A stretch of DNA of 63,334 bases, counting the filler, from Reticulomyxa filosa (taxonomy: Eukaryota > Protista > Foraminifera): assembly GCA_000512085.1 (NCBI GenBank). It is 13 parts of 13 records of this genome, joined end to end, with 100 filler letters (N's around TTAATTAATTAA, not from the genome) between each part and the next. Parts side by side here need not be neighbours in the genome. Positions count along the whole stretch, not along the records: positions 50,524 to 52,016 come from ASPP01002350.1; positions 52,117 to 58,755 come from ASPP01003843.1; positions 58,856 to 63,334 come from ASPP01005518.1; 10 more parts are not named here. One strand, written 5' to 3'. Shown in pieces: positions 50,424 through 63,334 of this stretch (position 1 is its first letter; every line of letters starts with the position of its first letter). The notes under the pieces are model-generated. The model saw only the letters and a list, made by a program, of their open reading frames with translations, did no database searches and was not told the DNA's origin. The position numbers and the translations under genes are program-made.

Positions 50424-52269
50424 NNNNNNNNNNNNNNNNNNNNNNNNNNNNNNNNNNNNNNNNNNNNTTAATTAATTAANNNNNNNNNNNNNNNNNNNNN
50501 NNNNNNNNNNNNNNNNNNNNNNNTTTTTAAGGATTCTCCAAATTATGTAAAAAAGGTTTTTAAGGATTCTACAAATTATATAATAATATCTTTTTTAAAA
50601 AGAAAAAACTATTTGTATAAGTATCGAAAATTAATTTAATAATATATAATACTAAATTTTGTTTTATCAATGAAATATATTAACAGAAAAGTGTTTTTAA
50701 GGATCTGTATACAACTTGTTATGATCGAAAATTAAAAGTAAATTGCAAAAAAAACTGCAATACCTAAATGGCAACATATTAATAGAATCGATTTTCTCCA
50801 TGAAAAATAAAGATTTAAACCTATTTTTAAAAAAAATCTGTACAAATTGTTTGGAAAATATTGTAAACGAAAAATACAAAGTTCAAAAGCAGTTAAAGAA
50901 TTACGCAATGTTTTATCCATTTTTTTTTATATTTGTTTTTGATTATAGATAAAATCTCGTTGTTCATCTAGTGAAATTTCTTTTTAATGAATAATCTATT
51001 TTATATTGAAGGTTTTTAAGTAAATTTCCAAATAATAATATCGTAATATTGATATCATTGTTTTCGTTTTGGGATTGATCTAATTTTTCTTTGATAGTAT
51101 TGTTTTCATTTTGTAAATTCTCCAATTATCATTTTGCAAATAGTCCAGTTTTTAAGTTCATTTTCTTGAATTTCATTCAAATAAAATTGCTCGTACTCTT
51201 CTTGATCTTCTTCGTTTTCTTTTTCTTATTGTCCCTCTTCCGATTGAAGCAAGTATTAGTCTTCAATTAGAATATTATTTACATAATTTCTTAAGTGCTT
51301 TCTTAGCTCTTTTATTACTTCAATATTATCACTTGTAAAATCTTTCATTATTGATTGGACCACTGTGGCAGTTGTTGTTGCCCTTCTCGCAACAGTTTTT
51401 CTGTTCTAATTCTTGATGTTCTTTCTGTTGATTTCGTTGTAGACATTCTCTCAACATTCTTTCTCGCGCCATTTTTTTTTTTTGTCGGTATTCTTGATTC
51501 GCCTTTTCTCGTCGTTGCTGTTCCTGCTGCTCTTATTGTTGTTGTGTCTGCTCCTGCTTGTCTTGTGAATTGAGCTTCAATGCACTCAAGTCCAAGCCCA
51601 AGTCCATGTCTTTGTTGTCGTCGCCTGTTTGTAGTGTGAAAGTGTTTGTGTTAAAAAAAACAGTGTATATAAAGACAGTCAGTCATACCTCTGTTGTTTG
51701 CCATTCTTGCTGCTCCAAAATTAGTTCTTTTTACTTTTTTTTAAGAAAAAGTCCATTATTGAAATGCGATTGTTATGCGAAAAAAAACTGGTCCATAAAA
51801 ATTGTGCGCTTGAAATATTTATTTCTCAAAAATGCAAATTTTTCATCAAAAATTTCACATTTAATTTTATCACAATCTTCTATTAAACAAAGATATTACT
51901 TCAATACCATTACATTTTCAATTAGAAATGAATGAAGAATGGAACAAAGATTCATGCTCTTATGTTCCTTTGTTACTAAAGAAAAATCTTATGAAGATAA
52001 GATTAATGATTTATCTNNNNNNNNNNNNNNNNNNNNNNNNNNNNNNNNNNNNNNNNNNNNTTAATTAATTAANNNNNNNNNNNNNNNNNNNNNNNNNNNN
52101 NNNNNNNNNNNNNNNNGGGAATAAGAACAGATTCGGAACATGAAGGTCCTGCTATCCTATTCAAAGCGAATCGAAAAGTTGGATTGAAATAACTATCGAA
52201 AAAGATACCATGGAGTGTTAATGAAAAATGAACAGCAAATGCAACGCTTACAATCTCTATCATCATCAT

Positions 52270-52998
52270 CTGCATTCTTGCTACTACGATTGGAAAATGT
52301 ATGCATTGCGTATCCGAATAACAAACCCAAACCACTCCCAAAAGTTAAGAGTAAACTCCAAAGCATCCCTGCTGCCGCTGCTGAAGGGACTGTACTTGGA
52401 CGTGTACGAGAAGGAGTACACATTGATTGTTGGACAATCAGGAGCGAGCAAGTACACACTGATGAAGGTGATAGCGGGACTGTGAAGAAACCATTAGCGG
52501 AGACCATCACTATTATCGTCGTGATTTTAGTGGGATCTCATCTTCGTTTTTCGGTGAGGACAAGAACATACAAAACTACCAAAATAGTATTGGCATTATT
52601 CACTCATTGAAGTAACAGGTTCTGCTCCCCAAATTTTGCAGTGGCAATGGCAACAATAACAGCAGTAGTAGCAGTGGAAACAACTTGCAAGACGAGTGCT
52701 TGGATGCCACTGCTTATCATCGTCGTTATACCAGCAGATATGCGCAAAATATTTAATATGGAAATAATCCCGCCAACATTACACAATCTCGACGAGATGA
52801 CTCCAAACTCAAAGAGGAATGAGCGATAAACAAGCGTATGAAATTTGGAGGGAGTCAACTTGCTACACTTGCTGCCTCCTTTTCTTAGCATTGCCAATCG
52901 CTCTCCTCGTGGTCTTCAAGCTTCAGAAAATGAACCACAGAAACTATGTGATTGGGGCAAAGTCCTCAGTGTGGGTGAACAGCAGAGATTAGCCGTTG
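52270..52998 (+). pseudogene. ABCD-family (peroxisomal-type) ABC transporter NBD remnant
   Basis: LRLENVCIAYP; degenerate Walker A LIVGQSGASKYTLMKVIAGL followed by TGA where W is expected; ABCD signature DWGKVLSVGEQQRLA; further in-frame stops. Confidence 0.65.
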
Positions 52999-53961
52999 GT
53001 TTAATTTTTTTATCATCTTCTGTTCCTCACAAAAAAAAAAACAAGTAATATTTGGCTTTGTTGATTACCATCTTCCAAACATACTTAGAAAATGTCATTG
53101 CGTCTAAAATGTGCATAGCTCATGTATTGCATAATTGTTATGGCGAAATAAAAACTGAGATAGTTTCAAAAGAAATACTTGACAAAGATAGTATCAATGT
53201 CGGTTACCATTGTTATTATTGAAATGTCGAAATATTAATGATGATAGTGTATATGTCGATGCTTTACGTATGCTTTCTTGTATTCATAAAGAACAATATA
53301 CTAGCAATACAATTACATTATTTTAGCTGTCAATCATAAAAATTATTGTGTCGACATAATGTTGCATTGTGCTATTTATTTTATTATATTTAATATGATA
53401 TGCAAAAAAATATATAATTATATTATAAACAATAAAAAAATAGTTGCTGAAATTTATTCTATTAAATGATTATTATACGAAAACAACATAATTAATATTA
53501 AACAAATATTACATTTATATTGCATTATACATTATTAATTAATTTTTTTCACAAACTTTAAAAACCTCTGATCATTAAAGCAATATTTTCTTATATTTGT
53601 TTGGTGATGTTGATCTTAAAAATTGATGGAAAAGCAATTACCATGACAAAGATTTGATTGTATTTATACTTTTAGTGTTGCTATTAACACACGATAACAA
53701 AGTCAATGCTAATTTATCTTTTCTCGGGTTTGTCTTTGAAAGTAATGTCAAACTGCTTCTTTTTTTATATCTCAAACAAGCAATTTTAAAATTGGTTCTA
53801 AGGAGACTGTCACAATAACAAAAAGAAACCCAAAAGATGACCAGAAATATCAAAAGATACAAGATGTGACCAAAACCAAAAATTAAAATTTATTTAAAAC
53901 GAGAAAGATAACTAGTTTTTGTGATGCACAAAACAAACAAATTCGTGTAGTATGTACACAT

Positions 53962-56314
53962 TTATTTTGTTTTGTCATTAGTCCCAGTTTGTTCAATATT
54001 TGCAGATTTTCGATCTTTTCTTGGTGTGACAGTTCTGGTTGATGATCCTACATACAACTGTCTTGGGCGGCCTATTTTTGTTTTGTTACATAAAATGTCG
54101 TTTTGTGTGCCTCCATGATATGCGATCTTTTGTTTTCCAAACAAAGAAAAATCGCACAGAAATATATCTGACCAATTCTTTGTTTGGGATCTGCAATCAT
54201 TTCCTTCCAATGTGAAATCCAGCCAATGCATCTAGCAACAGCAAATATCACAGTGAACATGGTTTTTGGAATACCCATTGCTTTTAGCACAATGCCACTA
54301 TAAAAGTCAACGTTCGGATATAATTTTCGTTTGATAAAGTATTCATCGCTCAATGCAATTTTTTCTAACTCCATTGCTAATGCAAACAATGGTTCGTCTC
54401 TCTTGTTCAATGCATCCAACAGCTGTGATCATGGCAAAATAGCAAAGTTTCGATCGAGTAATGAGATAAGAAGAGAAAGATAAACACAGTAAAACAAGTA
54501 AATAACTTCATGACACATCTTTTGCATGACTTTTGCTCTTGGATCATAGTTTTTGTAAACACGATGACCAAATCCCATAAGGCGAAATGTGTCTTTTTTA
54601 TCTTTTGCTCGAGCAATATATTCTGGAATTCGGTCTTTTGTTCCGATTTCTTCCAGCATAGTTAAACAAGCTTCATTGGCACCTCCTGAGAGGGGGGGAG
54701 GAGGAAGGAGGAAAAAAAAAAGCAAAACAAAACTCTTACTTGTCCCAATTCTATAAACGCAAGAAAAACAAACACAGCAAGCAAACCATGAGCAGGTCCC
54801 CACAGTGCTGTGATACCACTTGCAATGCAAGCATAAGGATTAGCATGAGAAGATCCAGCAATACGAACGGTCGCCGTGGAAGCATTTTGCTCATGATCAG
54901 CATGTAACATCAAAAACTTGTCCAACGCTTTCACCTTTTTTTTTTTTTTTTTTTTGAATAAAAAATAATAGTAAAAAATTTGCGCATTTCATAATGCAAC
55001 CACACACTCATAATAATAATAATAATAAATATAATTTTTTAAAAAAAAACATATGTGAAAGGAATACGTTTACGCAAAAGTGAAAAAGCATGATAAAAAT
55101 ATATTGCAAAGCTATACAACATTAGCGTAAACACACTTAACGACAGCTGGATGGACGACATATTTTTCAGTCGGCAATCCAAACATCATGTACAAGAAAT
55201 TGTGAACATAGGAGTATTTGCTTTTCGGATACATGATAGGTTCTCCGATGCTCGTTTTATATGCCAGCGCAGCTAAAGTCGGCATTTTTGCAATTAGCCG
55301 ATAAGCTTTTTTTTTTTTTTTAACAAAAAAAATATATGCATATACATATTTATTATAATTTAACTTTTTCAGAAATTTGGGGATGCACAAGAAGGGGGGG
55401 GGAAAGGGGAAGGGTAAGAGGAGAGGGAAAAAAAAAAATACGAAACAGCACAGCAAGCGAGCATCAGGACTGGTGATATCTAACGTATCGTGATAAAAAG
55501 ACGACAATGCACCGACCAGGCACACATAATTGCCATGGGGTGAGCATCGTAGCGAAATCCCTTGTAAAACTGAACCCCCCCCCCAAAAAAAAAAATTAAA
55601 ATAAATGAAATAAACGAATATTCGGAAGAAAACAAAACAAAACAAAACTTCAATGAGTTTTTCATGAACCATGGTATGCTTTTGGATCTGTTGCAAATGG
55701 TCGCTATAATCATCTTCGTTGGGCAATTCTCCGTACATTAATAAAAAGGACAGTTCCAAAAAGTCGGAATGTTCGCAAAGTTCGTCGATGGGATAACCGC
55801 GATGCAGCAGCACTCCTTTGCCTCCGTCAATGTATGTGATTTGACTATGACACGAAGACGTGCTCATAAATCCCGGATCATACGTGGTAAGTGCTGTTTT
55901 GTCATACAGCTGACGCACGTCAATACACGAGTCCCCTATTGTCGGGGTCAATACAGGCAAACGATATGCTTTCCATTCCACCTCTTCCTTTTCTACTTTT
56001 GCGCTCTCCTTCTGGTTGCTAATTTTTTCTTCATCGATGTTCTCAAGCCGAACTGACTTACTGCTTGATATGCTTTGCTCAATGTCCTTCTTTCGGCTTG
56101 GCACGATCAACAGGCACTCGTCTAAGTCCAAGTCGAACTGAGACAAGTCCACTCCATTTAAACTCACCTTTTGTATGCATTTTTTCAAAAGTGGCACATT
56201 ATCATCATGTACACTTGCACGTTTTTCGTTTTTCGACTCACCGTTTCGATATTTCTGTCTACTTCCCATTCTTTTGCACCTTTCTTCAGTTCTGCTGCGT
56301 AATCTTGTAACCAT
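53962..56314 (-). CDS. gltA: Citrate synthase, bacterial type II (GltA-like), with spliceosomal introns
   Basis: [49 protein letters not shown]|[39 protein letters not shown]. One apparent 1-nt deletion at ~55519-55521. Confidence 0.92.
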
Positions 56315-57278
56315 TTATTGCGAAGCCATTCAGAGTGGGTTCGTTGACGCATTTTCACTTGAGAATATTGTTAATTGCGAACAAAAAAGAATTGCTTGAA
56401 AGGGCCGGATTGTCACAACTGTGTTGTGCGAAGTTTACTTCATCAAAAATTTAATTTTTAATAGTATTACATTTATTTTTTATTTAAATTGAAAAACCAG
56501 TGAAAGTAAAATGCATGTTCTCACATACTTCAAGTGAATATAACTGCAATTTCATCGTCTTTTGGATTTACTTGCTAAAAACATGTCGTTAAATTTGCTA
56601 GTGTAAGAGTAACTGTAGCAACTTAAATGTAATACGAAATGAACTTACCACTGAAATAGATTTTCAGTAAAACAAAAGTAAAATAAAAAAAAACTCAAAA
56701 TTCAACAAGAATGAATAATAGAAACAAGAAAAGACTTTTGGTGGAAATGAAAGTGAAAAGTTTTTGGATAAAAAAGTTCAAGTCCCTCCACACTTTGGCA
56801 GTTGGTAGGGCATTGCCCTATACCAGAAATGAATTACAATTCTGATTAGTATTTAAGATTGAACAGCTACAAAAGAATAATTACAAAAGTATGACTAGCA
56901 TTAAAGTAATTCCAATAATGTTCGAGTTTGCAATTTTAAGTATTTCGCCTGAAAAATTTGTTTTTAACTCTTTCTTGTTTATTGTTTTTATTTTAGTTTG
57001 CAAGTACTGATTTTTTTGCGCGACATGAGCCGAAAAGCGGCGCAAGTTGAGAATGAAGTAAGAGCTTAGTTGAAAGCTTGACACTTTCACCTGGAATCAT
57101 CAAAAAATTTATTTATTCGCATTGCTCCATTTTTCAATTGTCATTTGAATTCAAAGTTGTCACAAATAAATTGAGACAGACACACTGGTAAAAAACAAAG
57201 TGTGGGCAAATAAGAACAAACCTCACCAAGAAAAGTGCTGTTTGATTATTCATCAGCTCAACCAAAAAAATTGTTGTT

Positions 57279-58739
57279 TTAGGAAGTCTGTTTTGGTCGA
57301 CTGTAACCAAAGGAAGCCAAAATGACTACAATAACCCCAAGCATTCCTTGGGCTGTGACAGGATTTCGGAACACTAGCAAAGCAATGACTGTCTGAGCAG
57401 CAGCTTTGGCAGTTCCTGAAACATTATGGGACAAAGGACTAGTATATTTAATTTGCAGATAAGATGCAAAATTGATCAAATATCCAACAATTCCGGCTAC
57501 AATTGTCAAAGTCCAAAATATACTTGTCCCGAATACATGATTATTTAAATCAATTTCCTTGAATTCATCCTGAGCAAAAGTTTCATCAACATACCCCCCA
57601 GTCAAAAAAAAGGTTGAGCCTTTTTTTTTTTTGTGAAAAAGAACCATTTTTTTTTTGTGAAAAAGAACCATTTTTTTTTAAAAAAGCTGACGGAACTGTG
57701 AAGAAATAAATAATCGGTAACAAGATGAGCACAGCATTAATGTTGTTATACATCATTAATTTTTCCGAGCTTTCGTCTACAATAGGCAAGATTTTTTTCA
57801 CATAAATTGAATTCAATGCAACAAATGCAGATGACAAAACGCCAAAAACTACACCCTTTTTTTTTTTATTTTATTTTTTATTTTTTTATGTATGTGCAAT
57901 TCCATTCTATGGTTTAAATTCAAATAAAATAAAAAAAAAAAAAAAAGAGAGAAAAGTACTTAACAATGATACTGAAGTGCACTTCGCCATCACATCCCAT
58001 CAAATATCCAACAATAATAGCTATACACCATGCCACAGTGTTTCTATCGGTTTGTTGTGCCAGCAAACAATAGGTGAAAATTACATTGAATACAATTGTC
58101 AACGACCGCGCCACTTGATAAAATGATACTTCTACATATTTCAAACACAAATTATTAAATATTATCATACCCAAAAATACTACTGTCAACGGCATCACTT
58201 TGTGCGCTATTTCAGGCTTTTTTTTTTGTTTGTTCATTTTTTTTTTTTTTTTTGCTTTGTCGTTGCAGTATTACATAATATCCATATCATAGCGATAGTT
58301 GTGTGTATGTGCGTGGAAAAGAAAAGGGGGGGGGGGAGGGGACTTTATTAAAAAAAAAAAAAATAACGTTGAACTTTATATTCCAACGGTGGGAAGTATG
58401 CAAATGATTTGGAATGCTTGCCAAGTATGCCCAACAACCAACAGCTAACGTCCAACATTTTCAAACGTGTTTGGTAAGTATGTAATTTATTTTTTTTCCA
58501 AGTCAACACAACAGTACAGAAGATGTCATGTTTTGTTCAACAAAAAAAAAAAAAAAATTGGGTCGATCAAAGAACAAAGAAGAAATAATGAAAAGAAAAA
58601 AACTAATATTGAAGAGACACGTTAACCAGATCGCAGTAATCAAAAATTGTGTCCAGCTCATAAACAATGGGGCGTCCAAATTTGTCACATCTCCAACCAT
58701 TACCACTTTGTTCAGGAATACCAGTGACAAAGAAGTTAC
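57279..58739 (-). CDS. GDP-fucose transporter-like nucleotide-sugar transporter (SLC35C1-like)
   Basis: SLVFLNK, LDAPLFMSWTQ, NNLCLKYVEVSFYQVARSLT, QIKYTSPLSHNVSGTAK. Multi-exon; 5' end in the gap. Confidence 0.85.
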
Positions 58740-58867
58740 CCTTTTTTTTTTGTTTNNNNNNNNNNNNNNNNNNNNNNNNNNNNNNNNNNNNNNNNNNNNT
58801 TAATTAATTAANNNNNNNNNNNNNNNNNNNNNNNNNNNNNNNNNNNNNNNNNNNNAAAAAAAAAAAG

Positions 58868-59904
58868 AGTGTGGGAAAAAGCTCAGTGTTGGAGAGCATA
58901 GTTGGACGTGACTTTCTGCCTCGAGGCACGGACATAGTGACGCGAAGACCATTGATACTGCAGTTGATCCACACGACAGGGAAGGATAAGATAAGTTCAA
59001 GTTCAAGCGTGACAGACGTAAAAGAGAAAGAGAAGGAGAAAGAGAAAGAGAAGGAAGAGGGCGAGGAATGGGTGAGTTTTTGCACAAGCGAGGACAGCGT
59101 TACTACGACTTTGCGGAAATCCGAAAGGAGATTGAGAAGGAGACGGAAAGGGTGGCGCCAAGCAAGGCGGTGAGCCAAGAGCCGATAAACCTGAAGATTT
59201 ACTCGCCACGAGTGGTGAACCTGACATTGGTGGACTTGCCAGGGATGACGAAGGTGCCAGTGGGCAACCAGCCGGCCGACATTGATCGTCGAATAAAGAA
59301 TTTGGTGCGTTCGTTCGTTACGAATCCCAAGTGTTTGATTTTGGCGGTGAGTGCAGCGACAAGCGACTTGGCGACAAGTGACAGTATGCAATTGGCATCG
59401 CAGATCGATCCCAAAGGAGAGCGTACGTTGGGTGTGATCACCAAGTTGGACCTGATGGACCAAGGCACACATGCCCTGGATATCTTGGTCGGCAAGGTCA
59501 TCCCGCTGCAATTGGGCTATGTCGGCGTCATCAATCGCAGTCAACAGAACATCTTTGACAATGTCGATGTCAGCACTGCGCGCAAACAGGAAGAAACTTT
59601 TTTCAAAAACCATCGCGCGTATCGCGAAATCGCCGACAAGTGCGGCGTCCAGTTCTTGACCAAACGTCTCAACGAAATACTCATCGACCATATCAAAAAG
59701 TCCTTCCCCGATCTCAAACTGCAGATCAACAACAAAATCGTCGACGTTCAGTCCGAACTTACTTCCTATGGCGAGCCCCTGTCTATGAAGGAAAAAAACA
59801 AGGGCGCCCTGCTTTTGCGTTTGATTAGCAAGTTTGGGGATAATTTCAACTCTGCCATTGATGGCAGTGGTGTTATGATGTTGTCAAGACATCATGGTAA
59901 TGAG

Positions 59905-59943
<39 letters not shown>

Positions 59944-61712
59944 ATGCCACATCATCATCGATCCCTCTCCAACAAAGCTCTCTCCAATACCGCCGCCAGA
60001 GACTTGTTTGGTGGCGCCAGGATACTCTACATCTTCCGCACCGAGTTCCATTACAACCTCTCCAAAATCATGCCCTTTGATGGCCTCTCCGACGACTTCA
60101 TTCTCAACTCCATGCGCAACGCCAGTGGCATTCGCTCCAGTCTTTTCATCCCCGAAATGTGCTTCGAAAATCTTGTCAAAATTCAAATCGAAAAACTACG
60201 TCGTCCGTGCATCAATTGCGTCGAAATGGTCTTTGAAGAGCTCAAACGAATTACGGGACAATCTCAAACTGCTGTTTGGCATTATATATACATATATATA
60301 TACATATATATATATGTATATATATATGTATATATGTATATATATGTATATGTATATACATTTATTTATTTATTTGTGAATAAAATAGTGTGCTTTTGAA
60401 AATCAATCACATAAAATAGGAAGTCTTACGGTTTTCAAAATTTCGTGTGGCGTTGAATGAATGTGTATTCGAAATGCTGAAGAAACACTTGGATCCTTGC
60501 CGTGAGTTTGTGAATCAGTTGATCGATATTGAATTGGCATATATCAACACCAATCACCCCGACTTTATTTCGATGGACGATGTGTTCACGCTGATGACGC
60601 CTGCGTCCAGACTGTCGATCGGCGAGCAGTCAGGAGGAGTAGGAGGAGGAGGAGGACGCTCTCGTTGCCTCCGTCTTCCGGAGGAGCTCTCCTCAGTGCG
60701 AATACCACCACCAACGCCAGTTCCAACACAACGGCGTCGACCAACGCCAATGCCAGTACCAATGCCAGTTCCAATTCCAACGGCAATACTAATTCAAATA
60801 ATCCCAACGGCGCAATGACCAGTAGTTCCAACACGAGCAACAATCCCAATGCTTCCACTGCGTCGTCGTCGTCATCGTCATCGTCATCCACGTCGGCGAC
60901 AGCTGCAGCGAATAACGCAAATACTCAAAACAAAAACGCGCCCAACAAGGCCAAAGGAAAGAAGCAGCCTGAGCCCGGCCTGTTCGGCTTTGCGTTTCGA
61001 GGAACGTCGGAAGAAAAGAAAGATGCGCGTGCCCATTCGTCGGCAACTGATTTGCAGGCCAGTGTGATTGTCGAACAGCAGCAACAGCAGCAACAACAGC
61101 AACAACAACAACAACAGTCTGTTCAAGAACAGTCGTCGTATTTAGCGTCTTCCGAGCGTCAAACAATACACTCGCTCAGCTCGAGTCAAATGAGCAATGG
61201 CCCTTATTCCAACTTTTATGGAAACATTCCTTCCAATTTGCACAATAGACACATCACTCAAAGAGAAGAAATGGAACTGTCTGTCATCAGTTTTGCCATA
61301 CATTTATATGTACAATTGGCTTATTCAGCAAACGTAAGGAGAGAAAATTAACAATGCTACCGTCAAGTTTTTGTTTTGTTCTGTTTTGTTGATATTTGAT
61401 TGTGGATCGCCATATATAGAACGGTTCATCAAATCGTATTTTGAAATAGTGAAAAAAAATGTTGGTGATAGTGTACCCAAAGCAATCATGGCCTTGTTAA
61501 TCAATCTCTCCAAAGAGCGATTGCAACAAGACTTGGCGCTCACACTCTATCGTGAAGAAAAATTTGAAGATTTGCTTTCGGAAAATCCTGAAATTGCACA
61601 AAAACGCATGGCTGCCAACGAGTTGCTGACTGTTCTCAGAAATGCCTTGGATATCATCAACGAAGTTGGGGATCAAAAAACAGCTGCTTCCTTTGATCTA
61701 AATAGACATTAG
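58868..61712 (+). CDS. Dynamin-related GTPase (Drp1/Dnm1/Vps1-like), 5'-truncated
   Basis: [69 protein letters not shown]. Apparent 1-nt deletion at GGG 59070-59072. Confidence 0.92.
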
Positions 61713-62877
61713 TAAATTTCATTTTTGAACTTGTCCAAATCCCAATTATGTTTTAATTATTCATGTCCTGTTTGTATGTGTGGTTTTTTTTTGTTTTGTT
61801 TTTGTTGTTGATTTTTTTTTTTTTTTTTTGTCTTGTGTTGTTTTTGTTTTTTGCTTTGGTTGGGCCACTGCAAGTTAACAACTTTTACTAAGCAATCCAA
61901 TTGTAGGCTTGCAAGCACCAATAATAAAGCTGATCAACATGATAAAAATTTTGCCCATACACACAAATGTTTTACTAATCAATTACTATAACTTTCACAC
62001 CCCTTACAAATTTCATCCACAAAATGTTCTTGTAACAAAAGAAAGTACAAAATAGCTTGAGGCACTCGTAAATAAAAAAGATTTTTAGTGAAACTAAAAT
62101 ACAACATATTTTTTGCGAGAGAGGATTCGTACAATAAATGTACGGCAACGAAATTAACGAACATTAAGAAAAATCTACATTTCCTTCAGCTTCAGTTATT
62201 TAAGCCACTTCAATCGTATTGTGTTATTGATTTAGGTTCAACTGTGTAAATACCTTTGAAACATGTAGTTGTATTTTAATTTTCATTTTTGCCCTTGCTA
62301 TACTTTCGTGTACAATTTCTTTTCTGTCAGTTTGCCATTGAATTGAATAAACTCGAATTTTTTTACATTAATGAAATAACTCAATATTATGTGCAAACAA
62401 CAGAACACAATTAAATCGTCATTTGTTAATATTCAAAGAAATGTACATAAAACTGTATCGTATATAAAATATGATTTTGTTAGCTTAACTTCAATTAAAT
62501 AAATTAAATGCTGACACGACCAAAGTTTTCTACGTATAACGTATCTATACATTTTTAGTATGCACAACCACCAGTTTGCCGATCGCAATGTTGTTTGAAA
62601 AATATCAAGTGTTACTTGTTTAGCAAAAATATTGTTGTGGCCAACGATAAAGAGTCGATGAAGTTGCCTACAAAATAATATACATTTTATCGAATCTTCA
62701 TTTATTACATTCTAACAAATTGAGAACTCTCGCTTGCAGAAGTTTACCAATTTTCTTCATTGAAAAAGACGTATTTGAGACAATCAAAAACTAACTGAAA
62801 AGACACTAATTGAAACAAAACGCAAGGCTAGTAAAAATTGATCAGAGAATGTAGTATGTTGTAATTGAGAAAGAAGA

Positions 62878-63270
62878 TTACAAAATGTGACAATTTTTGA
62901 GTTGCAGTGTCGACTGTTGATTATTTTGGACAGTGGTGTCACTGTTACTGCGTTCGTCAGGATGTGGAATATCGATACTGTAAATCTGTTTTGCCAAAGG
63001 TGTCCACTCAAAATTACTGGGCACATTGACATTTAGTTCCCAGGGTCCCCATGGTCCCTTTTGAGGAACACCAAGCCGAACAGGCCTCACTGCAGGATCA
63101 TCTCTCCTCGCGAATCTTATCAAACCAATAACCGACAAAATAATAAAAAATATTTATGTACATACACATGTACACAAAACTGAATATATTGAACCATGCG
63201 AGGCTTTTCACCATTGTTCGGATAACTGCAATGAGGTAACTTTGAATTCCACACTACCAACGATCCTTTT
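62878..63270 (-). CDS. PhyH-like 2OG-Fe(II) dioxygenase, 3' exons
   Basis: GSLVVWNSKLPHCSYPNNGEKPRMVQYIQF matches the distal His/Arg region of the phytanoyl-CoA dioxygenase family; final exon runs to 62878. Confidence 0.55.
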
Positions 63271-63334
63271 CTGAAAAACCAACCAAATAAAAAACTTTTT
63301 TTTTTTTTTTTTTTAGTCAAAAAAAAAAAAAAAA

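Noticed and set aside
57620-57680. Short tandem duplication (tgtgaaaaagaaccatttttttt) in a transporter intron
   Set aside because: Short intronic slippage or assembly duplication with no evident function.
2611-58855. Recurrent TTAATTAATTAA palindrome flanked by Ns as a biological repeat or recombination site
   Set aside because: Identical 100-nt construct at every gap with stops in six frames: a scaffolding linker. ORFs running into it (X-runs ending LIN) are artefacts.
55500-59080. Programmed frameshifting or pseudogenisation of citrate synthase (~55520) and dynamin (59070-59072)
   Set aside because: Single-base shortfalls in short homopolymers of otherwise conserved genes; sequencing error is more parsimonious.
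58804-59691. 295-aa minus-strand ORF and other antisense or alternate-frame ORFs over GC-richer exons
   Set aside because: Shadow ORFs of dynamin and other real genes; no independent motifs.

Overview
AT-rich, intron-containing eukaryotic (protist) DNA. It is a pseudo-scaffold of 13 contig pieces joined by twelve artificial 100-nt spacers (N-run + TTAATTAATTAA + N-run), so neighbourhoods across spacers are not biological. The gene content and style (NACHT-WD40 gene, HLDLSLEN kinase, orphan 7TM proteins, homopolymer-rich short introns) suggest a foraminiferan such as Reticulomyxa; this is inference. Housekeeping-type genes: YggS/PLPBP, S10 carboxypeptidase, ankyrin protein, SNF2 helicase, ALKBH8-like, sulfotransferase, kinase, PI synthase, YTH protein, dual-specificity phosphatase, bacterial-type citrate synthase, GDP-fucose transporter, dynamin-related protein, PhyH-like dioxygenase. 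Decayed Ty3/Gypsy and LINE-like elements are also present. The most interesting region is a candidate innate-immunity island inside one unbroken contig (17688-45379), bracketed by two copies of an orphan membrane-protein gene. It holds (i) a 7TM receptor-like gene; (ii) an intronless NLR-like STAND gene (Zn-binding domain + RelA/SpoT-like nucleotidyltransferase + NACHT + pentapeptide repeats + 15 WD40 repeats); (iii) a receptor with ten consecutive single-LRR, same-phase exons (invisible to the ORF track) fused to a ~10-TM, possibly TMC/OSCA-like channel domain. A toxin-like ADP-ribosyltransferase gene opens the window.
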